The notes under the pieces were generated by a model. The model did not search any database. It was not told where the DNA came from and saw only the letters and a program-made list of their open reading frames with translations. DNA of 63,211 nucleotides, filler included, from Bonamia ostreae (taxonomy: Eukaryota), in NCBI GenBank assembly GCA_040357525.1. It is 14 parts of 14 records of this genome, joined end to end, with 100 filler letters (N's around TTAATTAATTAA, not from the genome) between each part and the next. Parts side by side here need not be neighbours in the genome. Positions count along the whole stretch, not along the records: positions 58,820 to 63,211 come from JBDODL010000321.1; 13 more parts are not named here. The stretch is one strand, 5' to 3'. The translations under genes were made by a program, and so were the position numbers. Of the stretch, positions 60,505 through 63,211 are shown in pieces (the stretch's first letter is position 1; every line of letters begins with the position of its first letter).

Positions 60505-62632
60505 ATGGCGTTTCAGCAGCCCAATCGACGATTTTCGGGAAAAAACGAATTTTATTTCCAAAAAACAAACACAAATTCGTCTTTTCAACAAAACGCAAAA
60601 AATAGGGCTTTACCAAATATAATTTACCGACAAAACGAAAATTCCAAGTATAGGCCACCCATTCCAGTCTTCAGAATGCCTCCGATCATATACAGACGAG
60701 TTTTTATCAACCGCCCTACCCGGCGTCCAATCAGCGTCCGTCCGCCTATTCGCCCGCCGATTCGTCGTTTTGATTTGCCGATTCAACCGCAAATACGCAA
60801 TGCCCCGCAAAAAATATCACAGTTACCCAGTCGAAACTTCGTTATCCGCACAACAGAAAGCAATCTTAGAGCTCAAAAAGCCGATCACAAAAATATCAAA
60901 AGTCCGCCTAATTCCAAACATAAATTAAACAAAACAAACAAACCGACAGTCAAAAGCATTTTAAACAGAGAAGAGACCCTGAAAGTGCGAAAAACTCAAA
61001 CGCAAAAACCAAACGACGACAAACAGAAATCGGTTTTTGCCGATAAAAAAAGAAATTAGTTAAAAAGAAATCGAACCTGAAAGCCGAAGAAGACATCGCG
61101 TTTTCCGACAACTCCAGTTTCGAATTGGAAATGATGACTCAACCTCTCATCTCAAACAGAAATGTCAATTTGTCCAACGCGGAGGCCAGAAAAGACGTTA
61201 GTTCGTTCATTCACGACAGAAAACGTTCTTCAAAAAACGAAAATTTTTTAAAGCAATTTTTACTAAATTTTCTCTATAAGAAAAATCGGTTCACAAAACG
61301 AAACTTTACTCCTTGAAAACCGAAATCGAAAATTCTGCGCCGGTCGTTTATTGGGACAAAATCTGCGACGACCCCAATTTCATCGATTCGCCAAAGAAAC
61401 GCAAAATCGGTTCTGTTGCGAATGATGATTTGTACGACAACAGAGATCCGTTTATAGACGACAGCCAACTTGTTTTAAAAGCAATTTTAATTAATTCGTT
61501 TAAATTTGCAACAGAAACAACTGCGGAATGACATCGAACCAGAAATGCCCGGCTTCTTCGTTTACAAAGGCTTCGACATTCCAGTCATAAGAAGACAAAC
61601 GAAGTCGAAAAACGGAAAAAACGCAGCCGAAAAAATAACTTTCCCGAAAGAAATCGAATTCATTCTTTTCGCTTTCAAACATTTCGCAATCGAGAAAACC
61701 GATTCTGAAATGGCTCTCAAACTAATCGCGCAATTGAGGGCGATTGTTTCCAAATATCCGAACTACAGCAATTTGGTAGTGCTTAGAGAACAGATTGCCA
61801 AGATTGCCGTCGATTCGAAGCGGAAAGAGGCCTTTCTCAAAAAACTTTCCGTCAAAACGACTAAACCCGTCTTCAAAGAAGTTTGAAAACAAATTTTAGT
61901 CGTTAATTAAAGGATTGTTTGAAAAATGGAAATCACTCAAAATGGAGGAAAATATTGCGAAGGGATTGGAACAATTAAAAAGATTTAAACAAATGACCCC
62001 TTTCACCAAAAGCAAGTTTACTTATTATAAAACAGAATCGCGTTTGTAATTAAAAGCGATTTGGAGACTGAACCCAAAAAAGACTATTTCAGAGAAGAAA
62101 ACAGTCTTTTGCAAAAAATTAACTCTTCGATAAATTTCAAAAATCTCACTGTACACGAATTGGAGGACATCTTTGAGAATGCGAAAATTAGGAATTTTCA
62201 AAATTTTGGTTTTGTTTATAAATCGTTCTATTTCGCTCATCCTCCGCCTCCGACTGGTTCAATAATACAATTTTAGATAATAATTTAGTTTGTCCAACAA
62301 ATGCCAAAAATACGAAAAACAAGAAAACGAAAAATATCGATTCAAAAAATAACAATAATGCGAAAAAAGACTCGAAAAATATAAAAAATGCGAAAAATCT
62401 CGAGTCGAAAAATAACAATTGTAACACAAAAGAAACCAAAAAGAATATTATTGCAATTTTAAACAACAAAAACAAAGAAGTGATTGATTTATGCAGTGAA
62501 GATGGTGATAAAGATAATCATTCAACGTCAATAAATATATTAATGAGTGAAAATAGCGAAGAAAGAAAAAAGAGTGTAATAACATCGTTGCTAAATGAAA
62601 TCTTGTCGGAAATCGTCAATCGAAATAAATAA
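60505..62632 (+). CDS. Ubinuclein/HPC2-like protein (HUN/HRD motif)
   Basis: DDLYDNRDPFIDDSQL...GFFVYKG; multi-exon with low-complexity ends. Confidence 0.65.
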
Positions 62633-62743
62633 TTTTTATCATCTATTCAATGAAATTTTTAATAACAAATATATCGATTAAATGTGCACATTAATATCGT
62701 CATCATATTAAATAAATTATAGATTGAATAGTGCACACACAAT

Positions 62744-63058
62744 TTACATTTCCCGTTTTTTATGACAAAATGGATACGGCACATAATTTCCTCCAATGCA
62801 CATTGAATAACCGTCTTGGCCGTTGTCGATGATACCTTTGGAGGGTGTAAATTCTTCTTTACAACGATAATACACTCTGTTATAAGCGTTTGGGGCCAAT
62901 TTTGTTTTCAACACAAAAGTTTGAAGAGTGATGTTGGCTGGGTTGAATTGATAAGTTGTCATTCTGCTAGTGCTTTTATTCGGTAAATGCAGTGGGCAAT
63001 TGTTTATTAGAGCGTAAACGCTAGAAAAGAGAATAGCTGTGACTACAAAGGCGCTCAT
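62744..63058 (-). CDS. Small secreted protein with one Sushi/CCP-like domain
   Basis: Signal peptide; NCP...VYYRCKEEF...G...SMCIGGNYVPYPFC. Confidence 0.7.
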   Translation of the reverse strand: MSAFVVTAILFSSVYALINNCPLHLPNKSTSRMTTYQFNPANITLQTFVLKTKLAPNAYNRVYYRCKEEFTPSKGIIDNGQDGYSMCIGGNYVPYPFCHKKREM

Positions 63059-63211
63059 TAATGCAAATTGAATTAATTAGTTTTTATTTGTTTTAGAAAC
63101 GATTTTATTTTTTCAGTTAGTTTTTATTTATATGTAAATTATTGTAAGGTCAAAATAGACGTAATCATTGTTCAAGTTTTTTCAAATTTCTGTTCATCTA
63201 ATTTTTTAATT

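Overview
This is eukaryotic, very AT-rich, gene-dense DNA from a compact protist genome. It is not one locus: 14 unrelated contigs of about 4.4 kb, sorted by decreasing length, are joined by artificial 100-nt N/TTAATTAATTAA/N linkers, so adjacency across linkers means nothing. Genes are split by many tiny GT-AG introns (about 19-35 nt) with a U-rich 5' half (GTTT) and an A-rich 3' half (AAAG). A minority of introns are long and contain minisatellites or structured RNA. The style resembles ascetosporean/rhizarian parasites such as Bonamia (unverified inference). Recognisable genes: TRM1, SPT subunit LCB1, DOHH, phosducin-like, TRRAP C-terminus, eEFSec, minimal Dre2, UPF0652/DUF2009, PDI, MSH6, isochorismatase-like, AK6, NELF-C/D, a MYCBP2-type E3, a HEI10-like RING protein, a CCT protein, a 7TM-RGS fusion, WDR44-like, NF-YB/Dr1-like, ubinuclein-like, and U4 snRNA. 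Most interesting observations: (1) a family of modular type-I surface proteins built from phase-1 exon cassettes (Cys/WCC module, kringle, crystallin-like, knottin-like); (2) a divergent Sushi/CCP-like surface family; (3) a ~310-nt highly structured, unassigned RNA inside a long intron; (4) the inverted intron composition. Gene models were spliced by eye and family calls come from motif recognition, not database searches.
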